NCBI GenBank assembly: GCA_018651085.1
Contig: JABIEQ010000011.1
Location: 3,563-67,562, forward strand
Origin: Candidatus Magasanikiibacteriota bacterium
Lineage (GTDB): Bacteria > Patescibacteriota > Patescibacteriia > Magasanikbacterales > UBA922
Reading direction: 5' to 3'
Length of the DNA stretch: 64,000 nt
The notes under the pieces are model-generated. The model was given only the letters and a program-made list of their open reading frames with translations, made no database searches and was not told the origin of the DNA. The number at the start of each line of letters is the position of its first letter. The stretch's first letter is position 1. A program made the position numbers and the translations under genes. This document shows positions 54,053 to 64,000 of the stretch, piece by piece.

Positions 54053-56626
54053 TTAATCCTTTAGTAATCTTTTCAGATATTGCCCTGTGTAACTTTTTGC
54101 AGTCATGGCGACTTGCTCTGGGGTTCCAACGGTGACTACTTCCCCACCTCTATCTCCTCCATCTGGCCCAAGATCAATGACCCAGTCAGCACACTTAATC
54201 AAATCAAGATTGTGTTCAATAATCATGACGGTGTTTCCTTGAGATACGAGACGTTGGAGCACATCAATAAGCTTTTTTACGTCATCATAATGCAACCCTG
54301 TAGTTGGTTCATCAAGAAGATATAGCGTCTTTGTGGTATTTCTTTTCGCAAGCTCACGAGAGAGTTTAATGCGTTGCGCTTCCCCACCTGAGAGAGTTGT
54401 TGCAGATTGACCAAGGGTTAAATAATCAAGTCCTACATCATGGAGTACTTTTAATTTATCATATATCCCTGGAATATCTACAAAAAAGTCTTTAGCATCT
54501 TCTACCGTCATGTTTAACACTTCAGCAATATTTTTTCCATTGAAGTGTACTTCTAATGTTTCCCTATCAAATCGTGCTCCCTTACATATATCACAAAGGA
54601 TTTTTACACTTGGTAAAAAATGCATTTCAATAGTAAGCATTCCTTTTCCTTCACAATGTCCACATCGTCCACCTGGTCTATTAAAACTAAACCGTCCCTT
54701 TTTATACCCTCGAATACGGGCTTCTGGTGTCATAGCAAAAAGATCCCGAATGTGATCATATGCCTTTGTGTATGTTGCAGGGTTACTTCGTGGTGTTCTT
54801 CCAATAGGTTTTTGATCGATTTTAATGATCTTATCAATATACTCTGTCCCAGTGATACTTTTATGCTTCCCAATCCTTTTATCAACATGGTGCAGTCTAT
54901 TTGCTACGGCACGATGCAAAATCCTATGCATGAGGGTAGACTTTCCTGATCCAGACACTCCAGTAAGACAGACAAACCGTCTTAGTGGTATTTCTACTTT
55001 AATATTTTTAAGGTTATTCTCTTCGGCTCCTGTTATCTTAATCTTTGGTGAATATTTATCCACTTTTCTTCTCTTTTTTGGTATGTCTATTTTGAGTTCA
55101 GATCGTAAATACTTTCCAGTAATAGAATCTTTTGGTTTTCCAATAATGGCACAGTCAAACTCTTTTTCTTTTATCTTTCCTGCTTTATTTTTTAAAAGTA
55201 TTTCAAGTGGCCCAGAGAAAACAACCTCTCCACCGTGCTTCCCAGCTCCTGGTCCAATATCAACTACCCAGTCACTTACAAGGATGGTGTCTTCATCATG
55301 CTCTACCACGATTATGGTATTTCCTATATCACAGAGATTTCTAAGTGTTGAAACTAATTGATCATTATCTCTTTGATGCAATCCAATGGTGGGTTCATCA
55401 AGCACATACAGTGCACCTACCAGTTGTTGCCCCACTTGAGACGCTAATCTAATTCGTTGCGCTTCTCCACCAGAAAGTGTTCCTGCACGTCTATTCATGG
55501 TGAGATAATGCAATCCAACATTGAACATAAATTGTAGTCGGTTGGTAATCTCTCTAAGTGCTGGTGCAGATATCTCTTGTTCATGTTCTTTCAGATGATC
55601 ATGAAGTTCTATGAAAAATTCTATAGCATCAACGATGGTCATGGCAGTTATTTCCCAGATGTTCTTTTCTGCTATTTTAACGCTTAATGCGTTATCATTT
55701 AGCCGTTTCCCTTCGCACGTTGTACATGTTTCTTCACTAAAGAGTGCTGCAGTTCCAAGACCAGTACAGGCTTTACATTGTCCATAAGGACTATTGAAAC
55801 TAAACAGACGTGGTTCAATTTCAGGAAAACTATACCCATCATTTGGACAAGCATACTCTGTACTAAAAATGTGTTCAGAGCTAGATGGATAAATAACACC
55901 ACATAATCCGTTTGATAAATCGACAGCAGTTTCTACTGCTTCTGCTAATCTTGTCTTATCAATCTTTGCTGTTGGTATTTTATCGATCACTATTTCAATG
56001 GTATGCTTTTTGTTTTTTGATAGATTAATTCTATTTCTTAAACTCTTTATTTTTCCATCAATTCTCACTTCTAGAAACCCGCTATTGTACATATCATAAA
56101 GCATTTGATAGTACTCCCCTTTTCTTCCACGAACGACTGGAGACAAGATTATAATCCCTTCGTCTTGTTTTACTTTTTCTTTTTTCTGTTTTTTGAACCC
56201 ACTAAAAATCTGATCCACCATTTGATCAGTCGTCATCTTTTCTATCTTGGTACCACAAGCTGGACAATATGGGTTTCCAATACGCGCAAACAATACCCGA
56301 AGATAATCATAGATTTCTGTAATTGTCGCAACGGTAGAACGAGGGTTTGCGCTGTGCGCCTTTTGATCAATAGAAATTGCAGGAGAAAGTCCCTGAATCT
56401 CATCGACATCAGGTTTTTGCATGTTCCCTAAAAATTGTCTTGCATAAGCAGAAAGACTCTCAACGTACCGTCTTTGTCCTTCTGCAAAAATGGTATCAAA
56501 GGCAAGACTACTCTTTCCTGATCCAGAGAGTCCTGTAAATACAATCATTTTATTTCGCGGCAGCTCAACACTAATATTTTTAAGGTTGTGCTCCCTTGCT
56601 CCTTTTATACTAATTTTTTCTTGTTT
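54053..56626 (-). CDS. uvrA: Excinuclease ABC subunit A.
   Basis: Two ABC modules (GLSGSGKSSLAF; GVSGSGKSTLM) and zinc fingers (CPACG..., CGHCEGKG). Start set at MKQEKISIKGAREHNLKN. Confidence 0.9.
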   Translation of the reverse strand, partial: KQEKISIKGAREHNLKNISVELPRNKMIVFTGLSGSGKSSLAFDTIFAEGQRRYVESLSAYARQFLGNMQKPDVDEIQGLSPAISIDQKAHSANPRSTVATITEIYDYLRVLFARIGNPYCPACGTKIEKMTTDQMVDQIFSGFKKQKKEKVKQDEGIIILSPVVRGRKGEYYQMLYDMYNSGFLEVRIDGKIKSLRNRINLSKNKKHTIEIVIDKIPTAKIDKTRLAEAVETAVDLSNGLCGVIYPSSSEHIFSTEYACPNDGYSFPEIEPRLFSFNSPYGQCKACTGLGTAALFSEETCTTCEGKRLNDNALSVKIAEKNIWEITAMTIVDAIEFFIELHDHLKEHEQEISAPALREITNRLQFMFNVGLHYLTMNRRAGTLSGGEAQRIRLASQVGQQLVGALYVLDEPTIGLHQRDNDQLVSTLRNLCDIGNTIIVVEHDEDTILVSDWVVDIGPGAGKHGGEVVFSGPLEILLKNKAGKIKEKEFDCAIIGKPKDSITGKYLRSELKIDIPKKRRKVDKYSPKIKITGAEENNLKNIKVEIPLRRFVCLTGVSGSGKSTLMHRILHRAVANRLHHVDKRIGKHKSITGTEYIDKIIKIDQKPIGRTPRSNPATYTKAYDHIRDLFAMTPEARIRGYKKGRFSFNRPGGRCGHCEGKGMLTIEMHFLPSVKILCDICKGARFDRETLEVHFNGKNIAEVLNMTVEDAKDFFVDIPGIYDKLKVLHDVGLDYLTLGQSATTLSGGEAQRIKLSRELAKRNTTKTLYLLDEPTTGLHYDDVKKLIDVLQRLVSQGNTVMIIEHNLDLIKCADWVIDLGPDGGDRGGEVVTVGTPEQVAMTAKSYTGQYLKRLLKD

Positions 56627-56784
56627 CATACGACAAAAAGACCCGAAAACCACGCGTATGGTGGGGGTCTTTGCTTATAGTTATTTCAATGAACAATGGC
56701 TATTATCTGCTAATTTAGGGCATTTGTCAATTCTTTGCCCCTTCGTTATACTACTCATAAGTATTTTACTCTTAAATATATACT

Positions 56785-57267
56785 ATGAAACGATACATCC
56801 TTGGTTTTGGTGGTCTTTTATGTGCAGTGGTCCTTATTGGCGCAGGTTGTGCCCCTGAGTACGATTATTCAGAGACTGACTCACCTATAGAATACGAATC
56901 AGGAGAACAAAAAGGAACAGGACAATATATTAATAGAACAGAAGGAGCAGCCAACGATGTAATTATTGATGGCCCAGTATCTTCTTTAACTCTCGGAGCA
57001 GCAGTTCAAGAGAATGGAAATGTGGCTTTTTCTTGGAAAGCTCCAGAAGACCTAGAGCTTCCAGAAAAACTTCGCTTAATTGCAAGCCCAGATGAAGAGC
57101 CAAGCTTAGAGGGGACGTACCAATGGCAACAGTACCCAAATACAACTACTGATGCGGTATGGGATGAATTTCCTCAAGAAATGACCCATGTACGCCTTTG
57201 TTTATTTGATACTGAAAAAGAAACTTGCATTGGGTACAGTAATGAGCTCACTCTTTCATTTGAATAA
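56785..57267 (+). CDS. Putative lipoprotein (160 aa).
   Basis: Signal peptide with lipobox LIGAGC. Preceded by a TTGTCA-N17-TATACT promoter-like element. Confidence 0.5.
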   Translation: MKRYILGFGGLLCAVVLIGAGCAPEYDYSETDSPIEYESGEQKGTGQYINRTEGAANDVIIDGPVSSLTLGAAVQENGNVAFSWKAPEDLELPEKLRLIASPDEEPSLEGTYQWQQYPNTTTDAVWDEFPQEMTHVRLCLFDTEKETCIGYSNELTLSFE

Positions 57268-57300
57268 TCTCATCACCATAAAAAAACATGACCCACAAGG

Positions 57301-57918
57301 TCATGTTTTTGGTTTTGTAATTGTTAGTTGCCACCAAGCTTTGGTCTTTGCAAGAAACTCTCTCATACCCATCCCCCATACTTTTCCAAATACACTTGAT
57401 CCTTCCTTATCGTCGGCAGCGAGTCCAATAGTATCTATTCCCTGCCCTTCACAAAAGAATCGTATGCGCGGAAGATGAAATTGCTGAGAAATAACAACGG
57501 TATCCGTTATTTGAAATTCTTCTTTTGCTCGTAAACAACTTAGGTAGGTTCTATACCCTTTCCCGTCTTTTTTAATGGCTTCAGGTGGAACACCAAGTTC
57601 TATTGCTAATTTTTCCATCGCATCAACCTCATTTTTTCCTCGAAATGATCCATCGTCTCCCGTCATGATAAGTGTTTCTACCTTTCCTGCTTTATATAAA
57701 TCTACGGCTGTTTCTACTCGCCTTCTTTGCATTTTAGACATGACGGTTTCGTAATCCATACCGCCACCAAAAACAAATGCTGTTGTTGATGTTGGAACTT
57801 CTTCTACCGTATCTACAATATTTGTATTAAATGTCTGTATCAGTGCAGGAGCACGAAAAAATATCCCTACAATAAAAAGGCCTATGAAAAAAATAATTGC
57901 TATGTATGTGTAACGCAT
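57301..57918 (-). CDS. SanA/YdcF-like (DUF218) membrane-anchored protein.
   Basis: N-terminal TM helix and the DUF218 core (FVFGGGMD ... LIMTGDDGSFRGKNEVDAM ... VISQQFHLPR). Confidence 0.5.
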   Translation of the reverse strand: MRYTYIAIIFFIGLFIVGIFFRAPALIQTFNTNIVDTVEEVPTSTTAFVFGGGMDYETVMSKMQRRRVETAVDLYKAGKVETLIMTGDDGSFRGKNEVDAMEKLAIELGVPPEAIKKDGKGYRTYLSCLRAKEEFQITDTVVISQQFHLPRIRFFCEGQGIDTIGLAADDKEGSSVFGKVWGMGMREFLAKTKAWWQLTITKPKT

Positions 57919-58128
57919 AGGTTAGTAGTGTATCACACGTTTTTTTGTATTAAAAAATATCTACACAACTAGGTAGATATTCTTTTCCTTTCGTCCTGTC
58001 ATAATCAGTCACATATGGACTCATCAGTTTCGGTCTCACCGAAAGAGGATGCCGATCTGTGATCGGCTTCCCTCCCTGTCCCCAATTTCATGGGGGTCTA
58101 TAGACCCGTTTCATGATCTCCCTCCTTG

Positions 58129-59649
58129 TCAGTATGCTCGATTCAGTTGTGCTACGTGTTCCCTCATGACCTGGATGAGGTCATATGGGCCGACAGGTCT
58201 CCCGAGGACATCCTCAACGAGTTGGAACCCTGTACTGACACCTCCCTTGCAGAAGATGTTCGTCTGCAACCATCGGTTGAGCCCCTCAAAGTTTCCCTTT
58301 CGGATCTCCACCTCGATGTTGGGGTGCACTCCTTCGATCTCTCGCCAGAACATGGCTGCAACCATGTTGCCGATGCCGTAGGTGCCGTAGTACCCGATCC
58401 CCATGAAGGGATGGGGGTCTCTCAGACACCCCAAGGCGTCACTCTCGGGCTCTACCCCGAGATAGTGCAGTGAGAGCTCGTTCCACCTGGCGGAGAAATC
58501 TTCCACCTCAAGGCGCCCCTCGATGAGCTCCTGGTAGATTCTCACTCGCAGGAGGATGTGTGAGTTGTAGGTCAGCTCGTCGGCTTGCACCCGCACCGTT
58601 TGACGGGTGCATCTGTTGAGTGCTGAGTAGAGCTTCTCTGGACTCCACTCCTTGAGTTCAGGGAACATGTCTCCCATCATATCGAGCATCAGCTCGAGGA
58701 AAGGTAGGCTTCTTCCCACCCGACACTCGTAGAACCGCGCGATACTCTCGTGAAGACCTGTCGACGCCGGTCTTGCACCAGGGGTGTACTTCCACTCAGG
58801 AAGAAACCCTTGCTCGTAGCGAGCGTGCGCGGCCTCGTGCAGTCCAGGAAGGAGCAGCCGCCACCACTTCTCGTACTCAAGTGGAATACTGATCCGAACG
58901 TCATCTGGCGCCGCAATGGGTGCACAGAAGGGATGACTGCTTTGAGCAATCTCGAGCTTGTCGACCTCCAATCCCATCCGGTTTAAGCACCCCATGGTGA
59001 AAAGCCTGAATGCATTGGCCTCATGGGGCTTGTTGAGTGCCGGAATCTCACCCAAATCAGGAAAGGCCACGGCTTCCTCCACGAGTGGTTGAAGATCTCT
59101 ATGGAGATCTTCGAGAATATCAAGGAGCCACTTCGTTGAGGGAAGTCCCGGCTCCTGCGTACGCGCAAGACCCGCGTAAGGATCATCTGGATCCGCGGCG
59201 AGCCCCTTCATACGCTGGAGCTCGACGATTTTCTTCAAATGCCCTCCAAGGTGCTCCATGGTTCGCCGACCGTCTTTTCCGGCTTCTTCCCAGGCACTCT
59301 GTCCCACCATGCCGGCGTGAACAGTCTGCCTCACCAATTTCATTGGCAAGGTTCTTGGCAGCTGGCTTTCTCTGAGTGTTGCCCTTATGATCCCCATTTG
59401 CATCTCGGAGAGATCCCCCGGATTGGCCAACAGCCTGAGGGCGTCCGCGCGAAATTCCTCAGAACGCCAGAGTACTTGCTGCCGTCCGGAAATTTCAGCC
59501 GTTTTGCTTGCGAAGTATTCACCAGGATGCTGGTGATCGGTCGTCGCCATCTGCCATTCGAGCTCCCCCTTGAGCCCCTCAAGACACCAGATCTGCTTGA
59601 CCGTTGCGAGCCACGCCACAAACGCTTGCTGCTGCTTACTCATCGTCAT
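58129..59649 (-). CDS. M32-family metallo-carboxypeptidase (carboxypeptidase Taq-like) in GC-rich cassette 7.
   Basis: HEXXH region LHEAAHARYEQG. RVQADELTYNSHILLR. YLGVEPESDALGCLRDPHPFMGIGYYGTYGIGNMVAAMF; all match the Taq carboxypeptidase signature blocks. G/C-ending codons. Start set at MTMSKQQQ. Confidence 0.7.
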   Translation of the reverse strand: MTMSKQQQAFVAWLATVKQIWCLEGLKGELEWQMATTDHQHPGEYFASKTAEISGRQQVLWRSEEFRADALRLLANPGDLSEMQMGIIRATLRESQLPRTLPMKLVRQTVHAGMVGQSAWEEAGKDGRRTMEHLGGHLKKIVELQRMKGLAADPDDPYAGLARTQEPGLPSTKWLLDILEDLHRDLQPLVEEAVAFPDLGEIPALNKPHEANAFRLFTMGCLNRMGLEVDKLEIAQSSHPFCAPIAAPDDVRISIPLEYEKWWRLLLPGLHEAAHARYEQGFLPEWKYTPGARPASTGLHESIARFYECRVGRSLPFLELMLDMMGDMFPELKEWSPEKLYSALNRCTRQTVRVQADELTYNSHILLRVRIYQELIEGRLEVEDFSARWNELSLHYLGVEPESDALGCLRDPHPFMGIGYYGTYGIGNMVAAMFWREIEGVHPNIEVEIRKGNFEGLNRWLQTNIFCKGGVSTGFQLVEDVLGRPVGPYDLIQVMREHVAQLNRAY

Positions 59650-59716
59650 TGCCCTGTCCTCTTGTCGCTGGTTTTTGCCACGTGTATACAGCATGTCTAC
59701 ACAACTTGCGTTCACT

Positions 59717-59745
59717 AACGTAATGGATATTTCCTTCTACGTCAA
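59717..59745 (-). promoter_or_regulatory. Possible promoter for cassette 7 (TTGACG-N17-TACGTT on the minus strand, weak -10).
   Basis: Read on the reverse complement, between the uvrB terminator and the M32 gene. Confidence 0.25.
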
Positions 59746-59756
59746 GCTTATTAATT

Positions 59757-59790
59757 AAAAAAGCTGAGAATATTCTCAGCTTTTATTTTT
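59757..59790 (-). terminator. Rho-independent terminator of uvrB.
   Basis: AAAAAAGCTGAGAATATTCTCAGCTTTT. Confidence 0.6.
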
Positions 59791-61828
59791 TCTTTTTTGT
59801 TACTTTTTCCCTGGCCTTTAGCTCTCGTATCTCATCTCGCAATATGGCGGCGAGTTCAAATTCAAGTTTTTGAGCGGCTTCTTTCATTTGTTCTTCTTTG
59901 TCTTTTAATATCTCTTTTAATGGACGATCGTCCCCTATGAGATCAAGATCGAGTACACTTACCTTCTTTTTCCCTCTTTTTTGTCTCTTTAATTTTTGTG
60001 ATTCTGGATCAATACCAAAGTCCTCTAAAATATTTCTAATACTCTTTTGTATTGTTTTTGGTGTAATGCCATGTTTTTTATTATATGCAAGTTGAATGTT
60101 TCTTCTTCTATCTGTTTCCTTTAATGCTCGTTCCATTGATCCTGTCATCCTATCAGCATAGAGTACCACTTTCCCATTAACGTTTCTTGCTGCCCGTCCG
60201 ATGGTTTGCACTAAACTTGTTTCACTTCTAAGGAACCCTTCTTTATCTGCATCTAAAATGGCAACAAAAGAAACTTCTGGGATATCTAACCCTTCACGAA
60301 GCAGGTTTACCCCAACAATGACATCAATTTCTCCTTTTCGTAGTTGGGTTATGATTTGAATTCTTTCAATGGTTTTAATATCACTATGAAGATACGATAC
60401 GCTAATCCCCTTTTCTTTTAAAAACTCAGTAAGATCTTCAGCCATTTTTTTAGTAAGCGTTGTAACAAGTGTTCTTTCTCCTTTTTTAATTTGCGCTTCA
60501 ATGCGTTCAATAACATCATCCACTTGAGACTTTTGCTTATCTTTTCCTGTCACAGGATGAATAATAACTTCTGGGTCAACTAATCCTGTTGGACGAACAA
60601 TTTGTTCTACGATTTGTTTCGCTTCTTCCTTTTCGTATTCATTTGGGGTAGCTGATACGTAAAGAATTCTTGGTGTTAATTTTTCAAATTCAGGATACTG
60701 AAGTGGTCTATTGTCTCTTGCACTTGGTAATCGAAAGCCATGCTCCACCAAGTTATCTTTTCTTGACCTATCTCCTTTATACATCCCTCGTACCTGCGGT
60801 AACGTTACGTGTGATTCATCAATCACAACCATAAATTCTCCAGCACCGTAGTGGAAGTAATCAATTAAGGTAAATGGTGGTTCTCCGGGTTGTCTTCCAT
60901 CAAAATGACGAGAATAGTTTTCTATCCCGTTGCAATACCCTACTTTTTCTATTAATTCAATATCATTTCTAATGCGCCGTTTTAATCGTTCATATTCAAG
61001 GATTTTTCCTTGCTTTTTAAAAAATGCTAATCGCTCTTTTAATTCTTCCGCTATACTTGTCTTTGCTCGTTTTCTTGCTTCAGGGTTAGCAACATAATGT
61101 TTCGCTGGGAAAAACCAGGCATCTTCTAATTCATGGATAACTGTGCTTCTTATAGGATCAATTAGTTCAATCCGTTCAATCGTGTCACTAATTTCAAAAC
61201 GATATACCCGTTCTTCGTTCACGGGCATAATATCAAAAATTTGCCCACGCATACGAAAACTTCCACGAGTTAAGTCAGCAGTGGTTCGTTCAAACTGCAT
61301 TTCAATCAACTGCTCTAGCATGCCTCGTCTATCAAGTTTTTGCCCTTTATTAAGGTGAAGTACGATCTTTTCATATTCTTTTGGTGACCCCAACCCATAA
61401 ATAGCAGAAACAGAGGCAACAATAATAACGTCTTTACGTGTTAAGAGTGCTTGCGTGCAGGCATGTCTCAATCGATCGATTTCATCATTAATTTGGGCTT
61501 CCTTTTCAATATAAGTATCACTTGCTGAAAGGTATGCCTCTGGTTGATAATAATCATAATAACTTACAAAGTACTCAACAGCATTCTCTGGGAAAAATTC
61601 ACGAAACTCATTACATAGTTGTGCTGCAAGTGTTTTATTGTGAGCAATCACCAACGTTGGAAGATTTGTCTGCTCAATCACATTTGCCACCGTAAAGGTT
61701 TTTCCAGATCCGGTAACACCAAGAAGCGTTTGTTTATCAAACCCTTTTTTAATACCTTCAACTAACCCCTTAATTGCTTGGGGTTGATCTCCTGCTGGTT
61801 TGTAATCTGAGTGTATCTTGAAGTCCAT
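59783..61828 (-). CDS. uvrB: Excinuclease ABC subunit B.
   Basis: Helicase motifs [21 protein letters not shown], and the C-terminal UVR domain ([17 protein letters not shown]). Confidence 0.9.
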   Translation of the reverse strand: MDFKIHSDYKPAGDQPQAIKGLVEGIKKGFDKQTLLGVTGSGKTFTVANVIEQTNLPTLVIAHNKTLAAQLCNEFREFFPENAVEYFVSYYDYYQPEAYLSASDTYIEKEAQINDEIDRLRHACTQALLTRKDVIIVASVSAIYGLGSPKEYEKIVLHLNKGQKLDRRGMLEQLIEMQFERTTADLTRGSFRMRGQIFDIMPVNEERVYRFEISDTIERIELIDPIRSTVIHELEDAWFFPAKHYVANPEARKRAKTSIAEELKERLAFFKKQGKILEYERLKRRIRNDIELIEKVGYCNGIENYSRHFDGRQPGEPPFTLIDYFHYGAGEFMVVIDESHVTLPQVRGMYKGDRSRKDNLVEHGFRLPSARDNRPLQYPEFEKLTPRILYVSATPNEYEKEEAKQIVEQIVRPTGLVDPEVIIHPVTGKDKQKSQVDDVIERIEAQIKKGERTLVTTLTKKMAEDLTEFLKEKGISVSYLHSDIKTIERIQIITQLRKGEIDVIVGVNLLREGLDIPEVSFVAILDADKEGFLRSETSLVQTIGRAARNVNGKVVLYADRMTGSMERALKETDRRRNIQLAYNKKHGITPKTIQKSIRNILEDFGIDPESQKLKRQKRGKKKVSVLDLDLIGDDRPLKEILKDKEEQMKEAAQKLEFELAAILRDEIRELKAREKVTKKKK

Positions 61829-61918
61829 ACTCTATAATAAAACGTATCCTACCCTAACACTGTTACCCTTAAAAAGCAACTGTTTGAGAGGAAAAAACCG
61901 GCACATGGCCGGTTCTTC

Positions 61919-63274
61919 TTATTCAACGTCTACTACTTCTTTGTACTCTGGTATATACGATTTTATTCCCATTTCGTCACGCATTTTGTGTCCTAATGTT
62001 TCTGCTGCATGTGGTTCACCATGCACAAAGTACACTTTTTTCGGCATTGTTGGAGCTGTTTTTACCCAATTCATGAGTTTACTTTGGTCTCCATGACCTG
62101 ACAATGCTCCAATTGCTTTAATCGTACACTTTACATCCACATAATGATTAAATATTTTTATCTTATCTGCTCCTTCATATAATCGTCTTCCTGTTGTTCC
62201 ATGTGCTTGGTACCCAACGATGATAAGTGTTGAATTAGGATCAGGGAGATATCGTTGTGCATGATGCAATATTCTTCCTCCGTTCATCATCCCTGCTCCT
62301 GCGATAATAAGCTTTGGTTTTGGTGAATTATTAATCTTTATTGATTCTTCTTTTGTTGGGGTAAGAGTCAAGTTTGGAAAATGTAAAAAATCTTCCCCTT
62401 TTGTATAATGCTTCGATGCTTCCTCATCATAATACTCTGGAAATTGTTTAAATACTTTACTCACATTAATAGCAAGTGGACTGTCTACATACATTGGAAT
62501 CTGTGGAAGTATTTTATCGTCTACGGCAAGTTCATGCAAATGATATAAAATTTCCTGTGTTCGTTCAATAGAAAATGCGGGCATCATAATAACACCACCA
62601 CGCTTACATCCTTCTTTTATAAGATCTAATAAAATTTGGTCCCGTTCTTGTTTGGTTTCGTGAATTCTATCTCCGTAGGTTGATTCACATACAAGAAGGT
62701 CTACTTCTCCAAGTGGCTGTGTATCTCTTAAAATTGGCACATTATCGTTTCCAATGTCACCAGAAAATCCTATCCGTTTTCCGTCTGCTTCGAGTTCAAT
62801 AAAAGATGACCCAAATATGTGACCAGCATCTTTAAATAATACTTTAATTCCATCACCAATGTCTGTGTTTTTATTATAATCAACACCCGTTACAAGTTTC
62901 ATGGTCGCTTCAATGTCTTCTGCACGATATAACACTGGGTATTGAAACTTTCTATGATTATATTTCATGATCTTTGCAGCATCCGTCATCACAAGCTCCA
63001 TAATCTTAATGGTTGCCTTTGTTGCTATGATTTTTCCATTGAATCCTTCTTTAATAAGTTTTGGAATTCGTCCAACGTGATCAAGGTGACCATGTGTGAC
63101 AAGCAATATATCGATTTCTTTTGGATCAAATGGAAACTCATCAAAGTTTTTCACTTCATTATATTGTCCACCTTGAAACATTCCACAATCAACAAGAATC
63201 TTCTTTTGGCTTGTTTGAAGAAAATGGCATGACCCAGTTACTTCATGGTTTGCTCCACAAAATTGTATTTTCAT
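61919..63274 (-). CDS. MBL-fold beta-CASP ribonuclease (RNase J/CPSF-like).
   Basis: HxHxDH motif VTHGHLDHVG. Beta-CASP motifs. C-terminal HGE. Start set at MKIQFCGANHEVTGS. Confidence 0.7.
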   Translation of the reverse strand: MKIQFCGANHEVTGSCHFLQTSQKKILVDCGMFQGGQYNEVKNFDEFPFDPKEIDILLVTHGHLDHVGRIPKLIKEGFNGKIIATKATIKIMELVMTDAAKIMKYNHRKFQYPVLYRAEDIEATMKLVTGVDYNKNTDIGDGIKVLFKDAGHIFGSSFIELEADGKRIGFSGDIGNDNVPILRDTQPLGEVDLLVCESTYGDRIHETKQERDQILLDLIKEGCKRGGVIMMPAFSIERTQEILYHLHELAVDDKILPQIPMYVDSPLAINVSKVFKQFPEYYDEEASKHYTKGEDFLHFPNLTLTPTKEESIKINNSPKPKLIIAGAGMMNGGRILHHAQRYLPDPNSTLIIVGYQAHGTTGRRLYEGADKIKIFNHYVDVKCTIKAIGALSGHGDQSKLMNWVKTAPTMPKKVYFVHGEPHAAETLGHKMRDEMGIKSYIPEYKEVVDVE

Positions 63275-63391
63275 AGATATAGAGTTTATAGTATTGATTG
63301 ATTTGTAGTGTACCAAATTCTTTTCCTTTTGATAATACTATACACTAATTTGTGTACATGCTCCCTTTTTTTTGATATTATAGCTCTACAT

Positions 63392-64000
63392 ATGAGCTAC
63401 CGGAATGAATCTATTGAAATAAAGGAGCCCCCAGTACGTAGACTTCGCAAAAGACGGTCATGTGTGCGACGCACATGTCTGACAAGTTGTGGCTGTCTAC
63501 TCTTTTTTCTTATCATTTCTATTGTTCTTTTGAAATTTAGTACAACACCACGTTCGGTGACACTTCGTGATGTCCCAAATATTGTGAAAAACAATGTTCC
63601 TCTTTATGAACCAAATCATATTGATAGCATTCGAGTACTTCGTAGTGAAGAGCAATCACGTTTTGGTGCTGCGGCTTTTTTACCAAAAGCTGTGTTATAT
63701 CCGATTCTTTTAGCAACGGACGACACCTCTCTTCCAGCGAGTTCTTCAACCTGGTCAGGATTCTTTTCATATATTCAAACACCATTATATGAAAAGAATC
63801 ATGAACAGATTACGATTTCCTGGGAGCATTTGCCTGTGTCTCCTTCATTTTTATATGCGTACTATTTAGAGCAATTACAAGCACGTGGTTTTACTATTGT
63901 GAAACAACAGCCTACGAAGATCTTGTTTGAAAGTAATACTATTCTTGGGACACTGTCTATTGATGATACACCTCAAACAGCTGCTACTGATCTTCTTTTA
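63392..64000 (+). CDS. Hypothetical membrane-anchored protein, N-terminal 203 codons. The 3' end lies outside the window.
   Basis: ATG at 63392 followed by an open frame with no stop to the window end. Basic N-terminus plus one TM helix. Absent from the ORF track because no stop falls inside the window. Confidence 0.4.
   Translation, partial: MSYRNESIEIKEPPVRRLRKRRSCVRRTCLTSCGCLLFFLIISIVLLKFSTTPRSVTLRDVPNIVKNNVPLYEPNHIDSIRVLRSEEQSRFGAAAFLPKAVLYPILLATDDTSLPASSSTWSGFFSYIQTPLYEKNHEQITISWEHLPVSPSFLYAYYLEQLQARGFTIVKQQPTKILFESNTILGTLSIDDTPQTAATDLLL

Noticed and set aside
56627-56653. Longer UvrA start (MVFGSFCRMKQEK...).
   Set aside because: Conserved UvrA N-termini begin at the MKQEKISIKGAREHNL-type sequence. 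The extra 9 codons have no SD and overlap a hairpin.

Overview
This window looks like a small, AT-rich, gene-dense bacterial chromosome segment of the Patescibacteria/CPR type. Most genes sit on the minus strand, overlap by a few nucleotides, and encode compact housekeeping functions.

Housekeeping genes identified from their translated ORFs:
- Secretion: SecA, and SecD/SecF with a parvulin PPIase domain inserted in SecD.
- Replication and repair: DnaG, DnaB, RecR, YbaB, UvrA/UvrB and a short UvrC, exonuclease III.
- Translation and transcription: AlaS, ribosomal protein L21, HPF, RpoD with a lysine-rich tail, RsmH, MraZ, an FtsL-like protein.
- Cell envelope: MurB, an Amidase_2 (N-acetylmuramoyl-L-alanine amidase), an MraY/WecA-like transferase, a dTDP-sugar locus (rfbB/rfbD plus three FdtA/WxcM-like cupins), GT4 and GT39-like glycosyltransferases, a large LRR surface protein.
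- Others: a membrane-anchored Clp ATPase, NUDIX, HIT, DUF1801, DUF192, SanA-like, a trypsin-like protease, a beta-CASP RNase.

The main anomaly is at least eight discrete GC-rich single-gene cassettes, plus one small peptide cassette, all inserted into intergenic spacers of the AT-rich host.
- Each carries a near-consensus sigma70-like promoter (TTGACA-N17-TAnnnT), a GGAGG Shine-Dalgarno, an ORF with G/C-ending codons and a GC-rich hairpin.
- One cassette encodes an M32 (carboxypeptidase Taq) metallopeptidase; the others are unrecognisable.
- Three cassettes lie head-to-tail between mraZ and uvrC; this is the best candidate for an undescribed multi-gene system.
- The regularity also raises the possibility of foreign, engineered or chimeric DNA.

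No rRNA, tRNA or CRISPR array was found.
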